Below, in pieces: positions 49,966-60,803 of a stretch of 64,000 nucleotides of DNA. Under the pieces are notes generated by a model that saw only the letters and a program-made list of their open reading frames with translations, searched no databases and had not been told where the DNA came from. This DNA comes from Armatimonadota bacterium (GTDB lineage: Bacteria > Armatimonadota > SYMT01). A program made the position numbers and the translations under genes. The stretch is taken from the NCBI GenBank assembly GCA_041690135.1, contig JAWLHY010000001.1, positions 224,001-288,000 on the forward strand. Reading direction: 5' to 3'. The number at the start of each line of letters is the position of its first letter. Position 1 is the first letter of the stretch.

Positions 49966-51231
49966 ATCAGCTCGGTACTGGAGCCTAACGTCAGGCTGAC
50001 GACCCTGGATAACGGGATTCGGGTGGTAACGGAGCGCATTCCCCACGTGTTCAGCGTGGCGATTGGAATGCGGGTCGATGCGGGCGCGCGCGACGAACCG
50101 GAGAACCGCGCCGGGATCTCGCACCTCCTCGAGCACATGGTGTTCAAAGGCACCGAGCGCCGTACGGCTCGGGCCATCGCGGAGGAGCTGGACGGGGTCG
50201 GCGGCCAGATGGACGCCTACACCACCAAGGAGTACACCGGCTACAGCGCCCGGGTGCTGGCCGAGCACGTCCCCCTCGCGCTCGACGTGCTGGCCGACAT
50301 GCTCCGGCACTCGCTCTTCGACGACGCGGACCTCACCCTCGAAAAGAGCGTGATCCTGGAAGAGTACCGCAGTGTCGAGGATGCCCCCGAGGAATACGTC
50401 CACGACGTCTTCAACCGGACGATCTGGCCCACGCACCCCCTGGGCCGGGCGATCATCGGGGATCCGGCCGTTATCACCGCGCTCACCCGCGACGAACTGG
50501 TCGATTACCTCACCACTCACTACGTACCGTCGCGGATCATCTGCGCGGCCGCGGGCAACATCGAGCACGATACCTTCGTCCACGAGATCGAGAAGCAGTT
50601 CGGGGATCTTTCCGGCCCGGAACCCCCGCGTCACTTCGCGGCTCCGGAGACTACCCTGGAGAAGTGCCTCATCACGCGACCCACGGAACAGGCGCATTTC
50701 TGCATGGGCACCCAGGGAGTGGATGAAAATGATCCGGACCGTTGGGCACTGCGGATGCTAAACCTCATTCTGGGAGGGGGGATGAGCTCCCGTCTCTTCC
50801 AGGAAGTGCGCGAGAAGCGCGGGCTCTGTTACAGCATCGGCTCGGAGGCCTGTACGTTCCGCGAGGGGGGCCTGTTCATCGTCTTCGCGGACACCAGCCC
50901 CCAGCAGATGGAGCAGGTGATGGACCTGACCCGCCAGGAATTGTTGAACGTGGCGCAGCACGGCCTCGACGCAGCGGAACTGAGCCGCGCGAAGGACCAG
51001 GTGCGGGCGGCACTGCTGCTTTCGCTGGACGACGTGGGCAGCCGGATGAACCGCCTGGCGCGGGGCTTGCTGTACCACGGCCGCGTGATGCCCCTGGAAG
51101 AACTGCAGAGCCTGGTGGAAGCGGTCTCCCTCGACGATTGCCAGCGCGTGGCTCAACGACTGTTCTCCACCGGCGAGTTCGCCTTCGCCGCCATTGGACC
51201 TTTCGGAAGCCGGAAGAAGCGTAAGAAATGA
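49966..51231 (+). CDS. M16 family (pitrilysin-like) zinc peptidase; probable non-canonical start
   Basis: TTLDNGIRVV, HLLEH (HxxEH), GGGMSSRLFQEVREKRGLCY. Confidence 0.92.
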   Translation: MSSVLEPNVRLTTLDNGIRVVTERIPHVFSVAIGMRVDAGARDEPENRAGISHLLEHMVFKGTERRTARAIAEELDGVGGQMDAYTTKEYTGYSARVLAEHVPLALDVLADMLRHSLFDDADLTLEKSVILEEYRSVEDAPEEYVHDVFNRTIWPTHPLGRAIIGDPAVITALTRDELVDYLTTHYVPSRIICAAAGNIEHDTFVHEIEKQFGDLSGPEPPRHFAAPETTLEKCLITRPTEQAHFCMGTQGVDENDPDRWALRMLNLILGGGMSSRLFQEVREKRGLCYSIGSEACTFREGGLFIVFADTSPQQMEQVMDLTRQELLNVAQHGLDAAELSRAKDQVRAALLLSLDDVGSRMNRLARGLLYHGRVMPLEELQSLVEAVSLDDCQRVAQRLFSTGEFAFAAIGPFGSRKKRKK

Positions 51232-52031
51232 GTGTGGCTGTTGCCGTGGCCGGGGCTGCCGGCCGGATGGGACGCAACGTCGTCAAGGCCGTGTGCGAGG
51301 ACGCGGGTACCCGCGTGGTCGCCGCTGTCGATATCACCTGCCTGGGCGAAGACGCGGGCGAGCTGGCCGGGTGCGGTCCCTCCGGCGTGAAGGTACGGGA
51401 CGACCTGGAAGCGGCGCTCCGTGAATCCGGAGCGGAGGTGCTGGTCGATTTCACGTGGGGTGAAGTCGCCCACCGGAACGCGCTGACGGCGCTGCGCTGC
51501 GGCGTATCGCCCGTGATCGGGGCGACCGGCATGAGCGCGGAGCAGGTCGCGGAGATCCGGGCCGCCGCCGAGGCGGCGGGGGTCGGAGCCTTCATCGCCC
51601 CGAACTTCGCGATCGGCGCGGTGTTGATGATGCTCTTTGCCCGCCAGGCGGCTAAATACATGCCGGAGGTCGAGGTGATCGAGCTCCATCATGAAAAGAA
51701 GAAGGATGCTCCCAGCGGCACGGCGCTGCGCACGGTGGAGATGATCCTGGAAGGGCGGGGCGAACGGACCGCGGTCCGCCCCGAACACGAAGAGATCAAG
51801 GTCGAGGGCTCGCGCGGCGGGGACATTGAGGGAGTGCGGGTGCACAGCGTGCGCCTACCCGGTTACGTGGCGCACCAGGAGTGTATCTTCGGTGGTCTGG
51901 GCCAGACGCTCACTCTCCGCCACGACAGCATCGATCGGGTGAGCTTCATGCCGGGGGTGGTGCTGGCCTGCAAGAAGGCGCGGGACCTGCGGGGTCTCGT
52001 CATCGGCCTGGAGCACCTGCTGGACCTTTGA
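51228..52031 (+). CDS. dapB: 4-hydroxy-tetrahydrodipicolinate reductase
   Basis: GAAGRMG, APNFAIG, ELHHEKKKDAPSGTA. Confidence 0.97.
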   Translation: MSVAVAVAGAAGRMGRNVVKAVCEDAGTRVVAAVDITCLGEDAGELAGCGPSGVKVRDDLEAALRESGAEVLVDFTWGEVAHRNALTALRCGVSPVIGATGMSAEQVAEIRAAAEAAGVGAFIAPNFAIGAVLMMLFARQAAKYMPEVEVIELHHEKKKDAPSGTALRTVEMILEGRGERTAVRPEHEEIKVEGSRGGDIEGVRVHSVRLPGYVAHQECIFGGLGQTLTLRHDSIDRVSFMPGVVLACKKARDLRGLVIGLEHLLDL

Positions 52032-52066
52032 ACCTGGAATTCGAGGAAGACATGGAAGAGGAGACC

Positions 52067-52108
52067 CCGCGGTCGCAGAACGGTGCCGTTCGTAGCGACC
52101 GCGGTTTC
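52067..52108 (+). terminator. Terminator-like hairpin after dapB
   Basis: CCGCGGTCGC..GCGACCGCGG stem with inner GAACGG/CCGTTC, followed by TTT only. Confidence 0.55.
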
Positions 52109-52424
52109 AAGCTGTAATCACCGACACGAAAACGGTATCCCACAGGTCGATCTGCTGCCGTTTCACTGCAGCAAGAGCGTTCGTTCGCAGCCACTCGGCT
52201 CGTATGGTTTGCACTGCCTGGCGCCCGTGATGGCGACACTACGGTGTTCTAACCGGAGCACGGCTCGTGATGCATGCCAGGCCGTTAACCGGAGTGCTAA
52301 AGTGCTGACGAGCGCGGTATCCAGGACCCGCAGTGCAACTGCGGACGAAGTGGGTTCGGGCAGTGCAACTGCCCGAAATCATTGAGGATCGAATACGCAC
52401 CACGTACCAGTTTCAGAGGTTTCC

Positions 52425-53465
52425 ATGTCGGAAGGTTATGTAGTAGCAGTAGTGGGCGCCGGCGCCGTCGGCGTTGAAATGATCCGGATCCTCCGCGAGC
52501 GGCAATTCCCGATCCGGGAGCTGCGCGTCCTCGCCAGGTCGGACCGGGAGATGACTCTCGATGGGGAGGTCTACCAGGTCCGCGCCACGACCCCCGAGGC
52601 TTTCGACGGGGTCGATATCGCGCTGTTCGCCGGGACGGAAGGGGAGAAGGGTGCTGCCGTCACCTTTGGTAAGGAGGCGGTCGCACGGGGCGCCGTGGTG
52701 ATCGACAACGGCAGCGACTACCGGATGGACCCCAACGTGCCGCTGGTCGTTCCGGAGGTGAACGGGGAGGATGTCGAGCGCCACCAGGGGATCATCGCGA
52801 ACCCCAACTGCTCGACGGTGCAGATGGTCCACGCCCTGAAGCCGCTTTACGAGCTCTCCCGCATCCGCCGGGTGGTAGTGAGCACGTACCAGTCGGTTTC
52901 CGGCGCGGGTGCGCCGGCCATCGAGGAGTTGGGCGCCCAGGTGCGCGCCGTGGCGGCGGGGGAGCCGCTTCCGGAGTTCAAGAGCATCCCCGCCCAGCTC
53001 GCCATGAACGTGCTGGCCGGATGCTGGCGCTTCCGCGACAACGGGTACCAGGACGAAGAGTGGAAGATGGTCCTGGAGACCCACAAGATCATGCACGACG
53101 ACCAGATCCAGGTGAGCCCCACGGCCGTTCGGGTACCGGTCTCGATCGGGCACGCGGAAAGCCTCTACATCGAGACGGAGCGCAAGATCACGGCCGACGA
53201 AGCGCGCGCGGCGCTGGCGGCCTTCCCGGGGATCCGGGTGGTGGACGACCCGGCGCCGACGGAGAAGGATCCGAACGCGCGCACCTATCCGACCCCGCTG
53301 GACGCCGCCGGCGACAGCGATACCCTGGTCGGCCGCATCCGCGAAGATCCTTTCGTGGAGAACGGCCTGCTGCTGTGGGTCGTCGCCGACAACCTGCGCA
53401 AGGGCGCGGCCCAGAACGCCGTCCAGATCGCCGAGGAGCTCATCCGCCGCAATGCCTTGCGGTAA
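52425..53465 (+). CDS. asd: Aspartate-semialdehyde dehydrogenase
   Basis: IANPNCST, STYQSVSGAG, AVRVPV..GH, DNLRKGAAQNAVQIAE. Confidence 0.97.
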   Translation: MSEGYVVAVVGAGAVGVEMIRILRERQFPIRELRVLARSDREMTLDGEVYQVRATTPEAFDGVDIALFAGTEGEKGAAVTFGKEAVARGAVVIDNGSDYRMDPNVPLVVPEVNGEDVERHQGIIANPNCSTVQMVHALKPLYELSRIRRVVVSTYQSVSGAGAPAIEELGAQVRAVAAGEPLPEFKSIPAQLAMNVLAGCWRFRDNGYQDEEWKMVLETHKIMHDDQIQVSPTAVRVPVSIGHAESLYIETERKITADEARAALAAFPGIRVVDDPAPTEKDPNARTYPTPLDAAGDSDTLVGRIREDPFVENGLLLWVVADNLRKGAAQNAVQIAEELIRRNALR

Positions 53466-53481
53466 TCAGAGGAGAGATCAA

Positions 53482-54363
53482 ATGGAATTCGGACGGCTGT
53501 TAACCGCCATGCTTACGCCGTTCCATCCGGACGGCACCATCAACGAGGCCGCGGTGCGCCAGTTGGCGCTGCACCTCGTGGAAAATGGCAACGATGGGAT
53601 CGTCGTGACCGGCACGACCGGAGAGTCGCCCACGCTTTCGACGGAAGAGAAGCTGCGCCTCTACCGCCTGGTGAAGGAAACGGTGGGAGACCGGGCCGCG
53701 GTGATTGCCGGCACGGGCAACTACTGCACCGCCGAGTCGGTGGAGTTGACCCGCGAAGCGGAGAAGATCGGCGTGGACGGGGCCATGCTGGTCGTGCCCT
53801 ACTACAACAACCCGCCGCAGGAAGGGCTCTACCAGCACTTCCGCACGGTGGCGGAGGCCACGGCGCTGCCGATCATTCTCTACAACATCCCTGCCCGGTC
53901 GCCCCGGAACATGGAAGCGGCCACGACCCTCCGCCTGGCCGAGATCCCCAATATCGTGGCGATCAAGGAGGCCAGCGGCAAGCTGGAGCAGATCACGGAG
54001 ATCGTGGCACAGGCTCCCGCCGGTTTCCGTGTCTACAGCGGGGACGACTCTTCAACACTTCCCCTGATGGCCCTCGGCGGGTATGGGATCATCAGCGTGG
54101 CGGGCCATGTGGTCGGCCGGCAGATCAAGCAGATGGTGGAGGCCTTTGCGGCGGGGCGGGTGGCCGAGGCCGCGGAGCTCAACGGCCGGCTCCTGCCGTT
54201 CTTCCAGGCTTGCTTCTGCATGACCAACCCGATTCCCATCAAAGCCGCCGTCAGCCTGCTCGGCATTCCCACCGGGGGCGTGCGGCTCCCGCTCGTTCCG
54301 GGCGACGAGAAGGTCACGCAACTGGTGAGGGCCGAAATGCAGAAGCTCGGACTGCTGGATTAG
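53482..54363 (+). CDS. dapA: 4-hydroxy-tetrahydrodipicolinate synthase
   Basis: GTTGES, VPYYN, LYNIP.R, IKEASG, NPIPIK; ATG 53482 after GAGGAG. Confidence 0.97.
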   Translation: MEFGRLLTAMLTPFHPDGTINEAAVRQLALHLVENGNDGIVVTGTTGESPTLSTEEKLRLYRLVKETVGDRAAVIAGTGNYCTAESVELTREAEKIGVDGAMLVVPYYNNPPQEGLYQHFRTVAEATALPIILYNIPARSPRNMEAATTLRLAEIPNIVAIKEASGKLEQITEIVAQAPAGFRVYSGDDSSTLPLMALGGYGIISVAGHVVGRQIKQMVEAFAAGRVAEAAELNGRLLPFFQACFCMTNPIPIKAAVSLLGIPTGGVRLPLVPGDEKVTQLVRAEMQKLGLLD

Positions 54364-54364
54364 C

Positions 54365-56020
54365 ATGCCAACTCCCAAACTCCAGATCATCCCGCTCGGC
54401 GGGGCTACCGAAATCGGCAAGAACATCACCGCGTACCGCGTCGGCGACGAGATCCTCGTCGCCGACTGCGGACTGATGTTCCCGGACGAGTCCCAACTTG
54501 GCGTGGACCTCCTGATCCCGGACATCTCCTATCTCCTGGAGAACCGGGAAAAGGTCGTGGGCATCGTCATCACCCACGGACACGAGGACCACATCGGGGC
54601 GCTGCCGCACGTCCTCCGGCAACTCCCCGTGCCGATCTGGGCCACCCGGTTGACCCTCGGGATGATCCGGCGCAAGCTTCACGAACACGGCCTGTGGGCC
54701 GATACGGACTGGCACCTGGCGGAAGACGGCGAGCGGGTGCCGATCGGCTCGTTCGAGGTGGAGTTCGTCCACGTCAACCACAGCATTCCCGATGCCTGCA
54801 GCCTGGTGATCCGCACGCCGGCGGGGAACGTAGTCCATACGGGCGATTTCAAGTTCGACCAGACCCCGGTGGACGGGCAGCCGGCCGATCTCGGCGCGCT
54901 GGCCCGCGCGGGGCAGGAAGGTATCCTGGCGCTGGTCACCGACTCCACCAACGTCGACAAGCCGGGCTTCGTGCCTTCGGAATCGGTCGTGGGCGAAGCC
55001 CTCGACGCCGTCTTCAAGGAGGCGGAAGGGCGGGTGCTCGTCGCGACGTTCGCCTCCAACCTCTGGCGGGTCCAGCAGGTGATCGAGATCTCTGCCCGCT
55101 ACGGCCGGAAGGTGGCCCTGGCCGGGCGCAGCATGGTCGCGAACGTCGACGTGGCCCGCGAGCTCGGTTACCTGACCGTGGATGACGACCAACTGATTCG
55201 CCTGGACGACGTGAACCGGTACGCCGAGCCGGAGGTGACCATCATCACCACGGGCAGCCAGGGCGAGCCCCTTTCCGCGCTGACCCGGATGGCGATGGGG
55301 GACCACCGGCAGGTCCAGATCCAGGACGGCGATACGGTGATCCTTTCCTCGACGCCCATCCCGGGCAACGAGGATACGGTGTGGCGGGTCATCAATAACC
55401 TCTGCCGGCGGGGCGCCAACGTCATCTATTCCCAGCTCTACCCGCGGATCCACGTCTCGGGCCACGGCAACCAGGAAGAGCTGAAGATCATGGCCAACCT
55501 CACCCGGCCGCGGTACATCCTGCCAGTCCATGGCGAGTTCCGCCACCAGGAGCTCTGGCGGAAGATGGGCGAGGGGATGGGCTACGAAGTCGTCAAGCTC
55601 GAGAACGGCGATGTGCTGGAACTGGACGAGGAAGAAGCCCGGATCACCGAACGCGTGACCGCCGGCGTGGTCATTGTGGACGGCAGCGGCACTTCCGGGC
55701 TGGAAGACGTGGTGCTCCGGGACCGCTGGCACCTGTCCCAGGACGGCATCTTCGTGGTCGTCTGCACCGTGGACAGTGCCACCGGCCGCATCACCGCGGG
55801 GCCGGACTGCATCTCACGCGGCGCCATCCTCACCACCGAGGAAGAGCATGTGTACGACGAGGCCAAGCAGCGGATTCTGCAGTTCCTCGAGTCCCTGCCC
55901 GAGGAGAGCGGCCGCGACTGGAGCGCCATCCGCCAGGACATCCGCCGCACCGTCAACAAGCTGTTGAAAGACAAGACCGGCCGCCGCCCCATGGTCGTCC
56001 CGGTCATCATGCAAATCTAA
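54365..56020 (+). CDS. rnj: Ribonuclease J
   Basis: [41 protein letters not shown]. Confidence 0.96.
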   Translation: MPTPKLQIIPLGGATEIGKNITAYRVGDEILVADCGLMFPDESQLGVDLLIPDISYLLENREKVVGIVITHGHEDHIGALPHVLRQLPVPIWATRLTLGMIRRKLHEHGLWADTDWHLAEDGERVPIGSFEVEFVHVNHSIPDACSLVIRTPAGNVVHTGDFKFDQTPVDGQPADLGALARAGQEGILALVTDSTNVDKPGFVPSESVVGEALDAVFKEAEGRVLVATFASNLWRVQQVIEISARYGRKVALAGRSMVANVDVARELGYLTVDDDQLIRLDDVNRYAEPEVTIITTGSQGEPLSALTRMAMGDHRQVQIQDGDTVILSSTPIPGNEDTVWRVINNLCRRGANVIYSQLYPRIHVSGHGNQEELKIMANLTRPRYILPVHGEFRHQELWRKMGEGMGYEVVKLENGDVLELDEEEARITERVTAGVVIVDGSGTSGLEDVVLRDRWHLSQDGIFVVVCTVDSATGRITAGPDCISRGAILTTEEEHVYDEAKQRILQFLESLPEESGRDWSAIRQDIRRTVNKLLKDKTGRRPMVVPVIMQI

Positions 56021-56043
56021 CAGAAGCTTCGGGAGCGAAATCC

Positions 56044-56409
56044 ATGAGCGACCTCGTTGAACAGAAGTGTGAAGCCTGCCGGGTGGGCGCGCCGAAGGTG
56101 ACCGCCGACGAAATCGCGGAGTTGAAGCCGCAGATCCCGGAGTGGGAGATCGTGGAGCGGGAGGGGATCGACCGCCTGGAGCGCGTCTATCCGTTCTCCG
56201 ACTTCGTTCAGGCGCTGGCCTTCACCAACCGCGTGGGCGAACTGGCCGAAGCGGAAGGGCATCACCCCGCGCTGCTGACGGAGTGGGGACGTGTCACGGT
56301 TTCCTGGTGGACCCACAAGATCCGGGGCTTGCACCGGAACGACTTCATCATGGCGGCGAAAACCGACGCCCTGTTCGGTGGCGACGACGGGGGAGAGCGC
56401 GCGGCATGA
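56044..56409 (+). CDS. phhB: Pterin-4a-carbinolamine dehydratase
   Basis: [30 protein letters not shown]. Confidence 0.93.
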   Translation: MSDLVEQKCEACRVGAPKVTADEIAELKPQIPEWEIVEREGIDRLERVYPFSDFVQALAFTNRVGELAEAEGHHPALLTEWGRVTVSWWTHKIRGLHRNDFIMAAKTDALFGGDDGGERAA

Positions 56410-57038
56410 GCGACCCGAAAGGACCGGACGGCGAAAAGCCCGCCCCGGAGAACGTCAGTCCGGAGATGCGCCGCGGAATGAGCCGCCGGGGTCTGTTGAC
56501 GGACGAGCTCCGGCGCTCCGGGATGGATGCCATCAAGCAGCTTCCCTCGCTCAGTCCCTTCCTCAAGCTCGCCTTCAAGGAGAGCAAGGCCCAGCGAGAC
56601 GAGCGGCTGGTCAAGAACCTCTGGGCCCTCCTCACCGGGCGAGAGCCGAAGGGCCAGGAGATGTCGGCGGGAATGGAGCTGGTGAAGAACGCCTCCACTC
56701 CCGAGGAGAAGGGCGATGCCCTGGTCGATATCCTCTGGGCGCTCTGCCAGACGAAGGAGTTCGAGGACCTGAAGCGTCCGGACACGCTTCTTATTCGCGG
56801 CCTCTATCGCCTGGCGCTGGACCGCGAGCCCACGGACGACGAAAAGCAGCGGGCGCTTGCCTCTCTGCGGGACGCGCACGAGAACATCATGCGCGCCGCC
56901 GCGGACCCGGACAGCGAGCTTTCCCGTTCGGACGTCACCCCCGAACAGGCCGCCGCCGCGGCCCGGGTCACGGCGCTGGAGTCGATCTTCAGCAATCTCC
57001 TCCGCTCCTACGAATCGGTCCTCCGCACGGCGCGTTAG
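56406..57038 (+). CDS. Hypothetical helical-repeat protein
   Basis: Overlaps phhB stop (ATGA); two similar units [10 protein letters not shown] and [10 protein letters not shown]. Confidence 0.65.
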   Translation: MSDPKGPDGEKPAPENVSPEMRRGMSRRGLLTDELRRSGMDAIKQLPSLSPFLKLAFKESKAQRDERLVKNLWALLTGREPKGQEMSAGMELVKNASTPEEKGDALVDILWALCQTKEFEDLKRPDTLLIRGLYRLALDREPTDDEKQRALASLRDAHENIMRAAADPDSELSRSDVTPEQAAAAARVTALESIFSNLLRSYESVLRTAR

Positions 57039-57760
57039 ACGCGCTCGTGCCGCCAGCGCTGGTACTCTTCGGCGGTCTCCTCGCTCATCGGGTAGACCCC
57101 GACGATACTCGCGCCGGCCCGGATCTTTTCCTGCACGAACTCCTCCGCCAGCTCCTGCTCGGAGGCGTCCCGGGCCACTTCCAGCGCCAGGTAACGGGGG
57201 ATTACGATGACCCCGTCCCCGTCGCCCACGAGCACGTCACCCGGCTCCACCAGGACGCCTCCGCAGCCGATCGGCAGGTCGATATCCACGGGATGGTGGA
57301 TCGTCAGGTTCGTGTTCGCGTGCGGCGCGGGGCAGAAAGTCGGCAGGTCCATGGCGCGGATCGCCTCGTAGTCCCGGAAGGGACCGTCGCTCACGATCCC
57401 CGCGCCACCCCGCATCATGATCCGGGTCGCGAGGATGTTGCCGATGGTGCCCGCGCCCAGTTCGCCGCGGGAGTCGATGACCAGCACCTCACCGGGACCG
57501 ATCGCCTCCACCGCCTTGCGCTGAGGCATTTCCGGGTCGCGGAACACCTCCAGGCGGTCCAGGTCTTCGCGCGCCGGAACGTAGCGGAGCGTGCGGGCCA
57601 GCCCCACCAGCTTGAGGTCGGGTCGCAGCGGGCGCACCCCCGTCATGAAACGGGTGCGGAAGCCGCGTTTGAACAGCTGCGTCGCGAGCGTGGCCGTGCT
57701 GACTTCCCGGAGCAGCGAGAGAGCTTCCTGCAGGTTGTCGGAGGGGTTCTCAACGTTCAT
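57035..57760 (-). CDS. RraA-like / HMG aldolase family protein
   Basis: VSTATL, GEVLVID, DGPFRD, VEPGDVLVGDGDGVIVIP. Confidence 0.88.
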   Translation of the reverse strand: MNVENPSDNLQEALSLLREVSTATLATQLFKRGFRTRFMTGVRPLRPDLKLVGLARTLRYVPAREDLDRLEVFRDPEMPQRKAVEAIGPGEVLVIDSRGELGAGTIGNILATRIMMRGGAGIVSDGPFRDYEAIRAMDLPTFCPAPHANTNLTIHHPVDIDLPIGCGGVLVEPGDVLVGDGDGVIVIPRYLALEVARDASEQELAEEFVQEKIRAGASIVGVYPMSEETAEEYQRWRHERV

Positions 57761-57905
57761 GGTAATCTATGGGAGTTGTCTCAAGGAATAAGGCGGCCGG
57801 GGAGAAGGGACGCCCGGCCGAAACAACCGGTTGGGGTCCGCGGAACGCCGCGACGGGCGTAGGTTCGACCGCCGGGTGCACAGGACCTCTACGAAGCGAG
57901 GGAAG

Positions 57906-59702
57906 ATGTCCGTTCAAGAAGCTCTGCCCATTTGGGACCTTTCCGATCTCTACGCCGGTCTCAACGATCCGGCCATCCTCCAGGATTGCGCGCACATCCT
58001 GGAACGGGCCCAGGCGTTCGAAACCCGGTTCCGCGAGAAGATCGCTGATCCCGGCTGCACCGCCGCCACCCTGCGGGAGGCGCTGGATGAGTACGAGGAG
58101 ATCAACCGGCTTCGGGCTCGCCCGCTGGCCTATGCCAGCCTGATGTTCGCGGGCGACACCTCCGACCCCGCGCGCGGCGCGTTGCTCCAGCGCCTGCAGG
58201 TGGAATCCACGGCTATCTCCCGGCACCTCATCTTCTTCGACCTGGAAGTGGGGCGGATGCCCGAAGAGACGTTCCGCCGCGTGGCGGACGATCCCGCCCT
58301 GGCGGAGTACCGGCACTACCTGGAGCATGAACGCACGGTCGCCAGGCACCACCTCACGGAGCCGGAGGAGAAGATCGCCAGCGAGCTGGGCAACACGGGA
58401 GCCCGCGCGTTCGTGCGGCTCTTCTCGGAGATCAATTCCCGGGCCGTGTACCGGATCACCCTGGACGGCGAAGTGCGCGAAATGAACCAGAGCCAGGTCC
58501 TCGCGCTGTTCTATGATGCGGACCGCTCCGTCCGCCGCGCCGCCTCCGCATCGGTGACAGAGACCCTCAAGAGTCAGAGCCACGTCGTGACCTTCATTTT
58601 CAATAACCTGCTGCAGGAGAAGATGACCGTAGACCGTCTTCGGGATTATGAGTACCCGGAGCAGGCGCGGCACGAGAGCAACGATCTCGAGCCCGAGGTG
58701 GTTCAGAACGTGGTGGAGGTGGCGGTCGAGAACTACGACATCGTGGCGGATTACTACCGGCTGAAGCGGGATCTCCTGGGACTGGATGAGTTGACCCACT
58801 ACGATCGGTACGCGCCCATCAGCGACGTGAGCGTGAAGATCGACTTTCCCGAGGCGAAGCAGATCGTTCTGGATGCCTTCGGGGCGTTCTCGCCGCGGGT
58901 GCGGGAGCTCACGGAGCCGTTCTTCGACCGGAACTGGATCGACGCGGAAGTCCGCAACGGCAAGCGCGGCGGAGCCTTCTGCTCCTACATCACGCCCGAC
59001 CTGCACCCCTACGTCCTGATGAACTACACCGGACGGGCTCGGGACGTGATGACCCTCGCCCACGAGTTGGGGCACGCCATCCACGGCTGCCTCGCCAGTC
59101 GGCATAACTACCTCACGTTCGTCCCGTCGCTGCCGATGGCGGAAACGGCCAGTGTCTTCGGCGAGATGCTCGTCTTCGAGAGCTTGCAGAACCGGATCGA
59201 CGACCCCCGTCAGCGCCTGCTCCTGCTGTGCGGCAAGATCGAAGACACCTTCGCCACGGTGTTCCGGCAGGTCAGCATGTACCGCTTCGAGCAGGCCGCG
59301 CACCGTACGCGCCGGGACGAAGGGGAGTTAACGACCGAGCGGTACAACTCCCTGTGGCAGGAGACGATGCAGGAGATGTTCCAGGACTCTCTCAAGCTGG
59401 GGGACGAGCATTCCTGGTGGTGGCTTTACATCCCGCACATCTTCGCTACCCCGTTTTACGTGTACGCCTACGCCTTCGGCGAGCTGCTCGTCCTGGCGCT
59501 CTATGCGCGTTACCGCCAGGAAGGAGAGCCCTTCGTCGACCGTTACCTGGAGCTCCTCGCGGCCGGCGGATCGCGGCGTCCCACGGAAGTGCTGGACGAG
59601 CTGGGGATCGACATTCGCGACAAGGCCTTCTGGCAGGGAGGCATGGACCTCATCCGCGAGATGGTTCAACAGGCCCGCGTGTTGGCCAAGGCCGGCAAAT
59701 AG
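57906..59702 (+). CDS. pepF: M3B oligoendopeptidase F family
   Basis: WDLSDLY, GKRGGAFC, LAHELGH (HExxH), AETASVFGE, FYVYAYAFG. Confidence 0.93.
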   Translation: MSVQEALPIWDLSDLYAGLNDPAILQDCAHILERAQAFETRFREKIADPGCTAATLREALDEYEEINRLRARPLAYASLMFAGDTSDPARGALLQRLQVESTAISRHLIFFDLEVGRMPEETFRRVADDPALAEYRHYLEHERTVARHHLTEPEEKIASELGNTGARAFVRLFSEINSRAVYRITLDGEVREMNQSQVLALFYDADRSVRRAASASVTETLKSQSHVVTFIFNNLLQEKMTVDRLRDYEYPEQARHESNDLEPEVVQNVVEVAVENYDIVADYYRLKRDLLGLDELTHYDRYAPISDVSVKIDFPEAKQIVLDAFGAFSPRVRELTEPFFDRNWIDAEVRNGKRGGAFCSYITPDLHPYVLMNYTGRARDVMTLAHELGHAIHGCLASRHNYLTFVPSLPMAETASVFGEMLVFESLQNRIDDPRQRLLLLCGKIEDTFATVFRQVSMYRFEQAAHRTRRDEGELTTERYNSLWQETMQEMFQDSLKLGDEHSWWWLYIPHIFATPFYVYAYAFGELLVLALYARYRQEGEPFVDRYLELLAAGGSRRPTEVLDELGIDIRDKAFWQGGMDLIREMVQQARVLAKAGK

Positions 59703-59705
59703 ACC

Positions 59706-60803
59706 ATGGACGGATTCAACGGGCTCTACACCGGCCTGGGGAACCTGGCCCGGTTGTCGCACGCGCGGACCCGCAGCATCAGCGCGGAGAACTTCACTGG
59801 AGAGAAGGGCCGGGCCGGAATGGCCACGGAGGGCACGGGAGCCGTTGCGGCCAGTGATCTGGGCCAGGGGTGGAAGGTCTCCCCGTCGATCAACATCGCC
59901 CCGCGCACCATGGTGACCCTCGCGGAAATCGAGGGCCCCGGCTGCATCCAGCACTTCTGGAACACGGTGGCGCCCGTACGCTGGCGGCAGCTCGTGCTGC
60001 GGATCTACTGGGACGGGGAGGAAACCCCTTCCGTCGAGACGCCGCTGGGGGATTTCTTCTGCAGTGGCTGGTGCCAGCGCTGCAACGTCAGCTCGATTCC
60101 CATCGCGGTTAACCCTGCGGGCGGGTTCAACAGCTACTGGCAGATGCCGTTCCGCAGGTCCGCCCGCTTCACGCTCGAAAACCTGTCGGACGACGAGATC
60201 CGTGGCTACTACTACCAGCTCGATTACACCCTCACGGACGTGCCGGAAGATTCCGCTTATTTCCACGCGCAGTGGCGGCGGAGCAACCCCCTGCCGTATA
60301 AAGAAGTGCACACCCTTCTGGAGGGGGTGCGCGGCTGGGGCCACTACGTCGGGACTTACCTGGCCTGGGGCGTGAACAACTGTGGTTGGTGGGGCGAAGG
60401 TGAGATCAAGTTTTACCTGGATGGGGACCAGGAGTTTCCCACCATCTGCGGCACCGGCACGGAAGACTACTTCGGCGGCGCCTGGAACTTCGAGCATCCC
60501 AAAGGACAATATGGGAGCTACTCGACCCCCTTCCTGGGCTTACCGCAGGTGATCACATCGGATGGGCTGTATCAGAGCCAGCAGCGGTTCGGAATGTATC
60601 GCTGGCATATTCCCGATCCCATCCGCTTCGAACAGGACCTGCGAGTGACCATTCAGGCCCTGGGCTGGCGGGCGACACAGGACGGTCGCCGGCGGTATTT
60701 ACCCCTACAGGACGATATCAGCAGCGTTGCGTACTGGTACCAGGCCGAGCCGCACGCGCCATTCCCGCAGCTGCCGGATCGCGACTACCTGGAAGTGATC
60801 TGA
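59706..60803 (+). CDS. DUF2961 / glycoside hydrolase family 172 protein
   Basis: SAENFTGEKG, LRIYWDGE, WWGEGE, GTGTEDYF, DDISSVAYWYQ. Confidence 0.88.
   Translation: MDGFNGLYTGLGNLARLSHARTRSISAENFTGEKGRAGMATEGTGAVAASDLGQGWKVSPSINIAPRTMVTLAEIEGPGCIQHFWNTVAPVRWRQLVLRIYWDGEETPSVETPLGDFFCSGWCQRCNVSSIPIAVNPAGGFNSYWQMPFRRSARFTLENLSDDEIRGYYYQLDYTLTDVPEDSAYFHAQWRRSNPLPYKEVHTLLEGVRGWGHYVGTYLAWGVNNCGWWGEGEIKFYLDGDQEFPTICGTGTEDYFGGAWNFEHPKGQYGSYSTPFLGLPQVITSDGLYQSQQRFGMYRWHIPDPIRFEQDLRVTIQALGWRATQDGRRRYLPLQDDISSVAYWYQAEPHAPFPQLPDRDYLEVI

Noticed and set aside
52300-52380. Hammerhead ribozyme (CTGACGA ... GAAA)
   Set aside because: The sequence between the two motifs does not form the required stem II closing onto GAAA.
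52110-52420. Lysine riboswitch upstream of asd-dapA
   Set aside because: ACTGCC and GGAGTGCTA resemble its 3' end, but I could not find the AGAGGNGC, GAAAGG and GCCGAA elements in order; an Infernal search with the Rfam lysine model would settle it.
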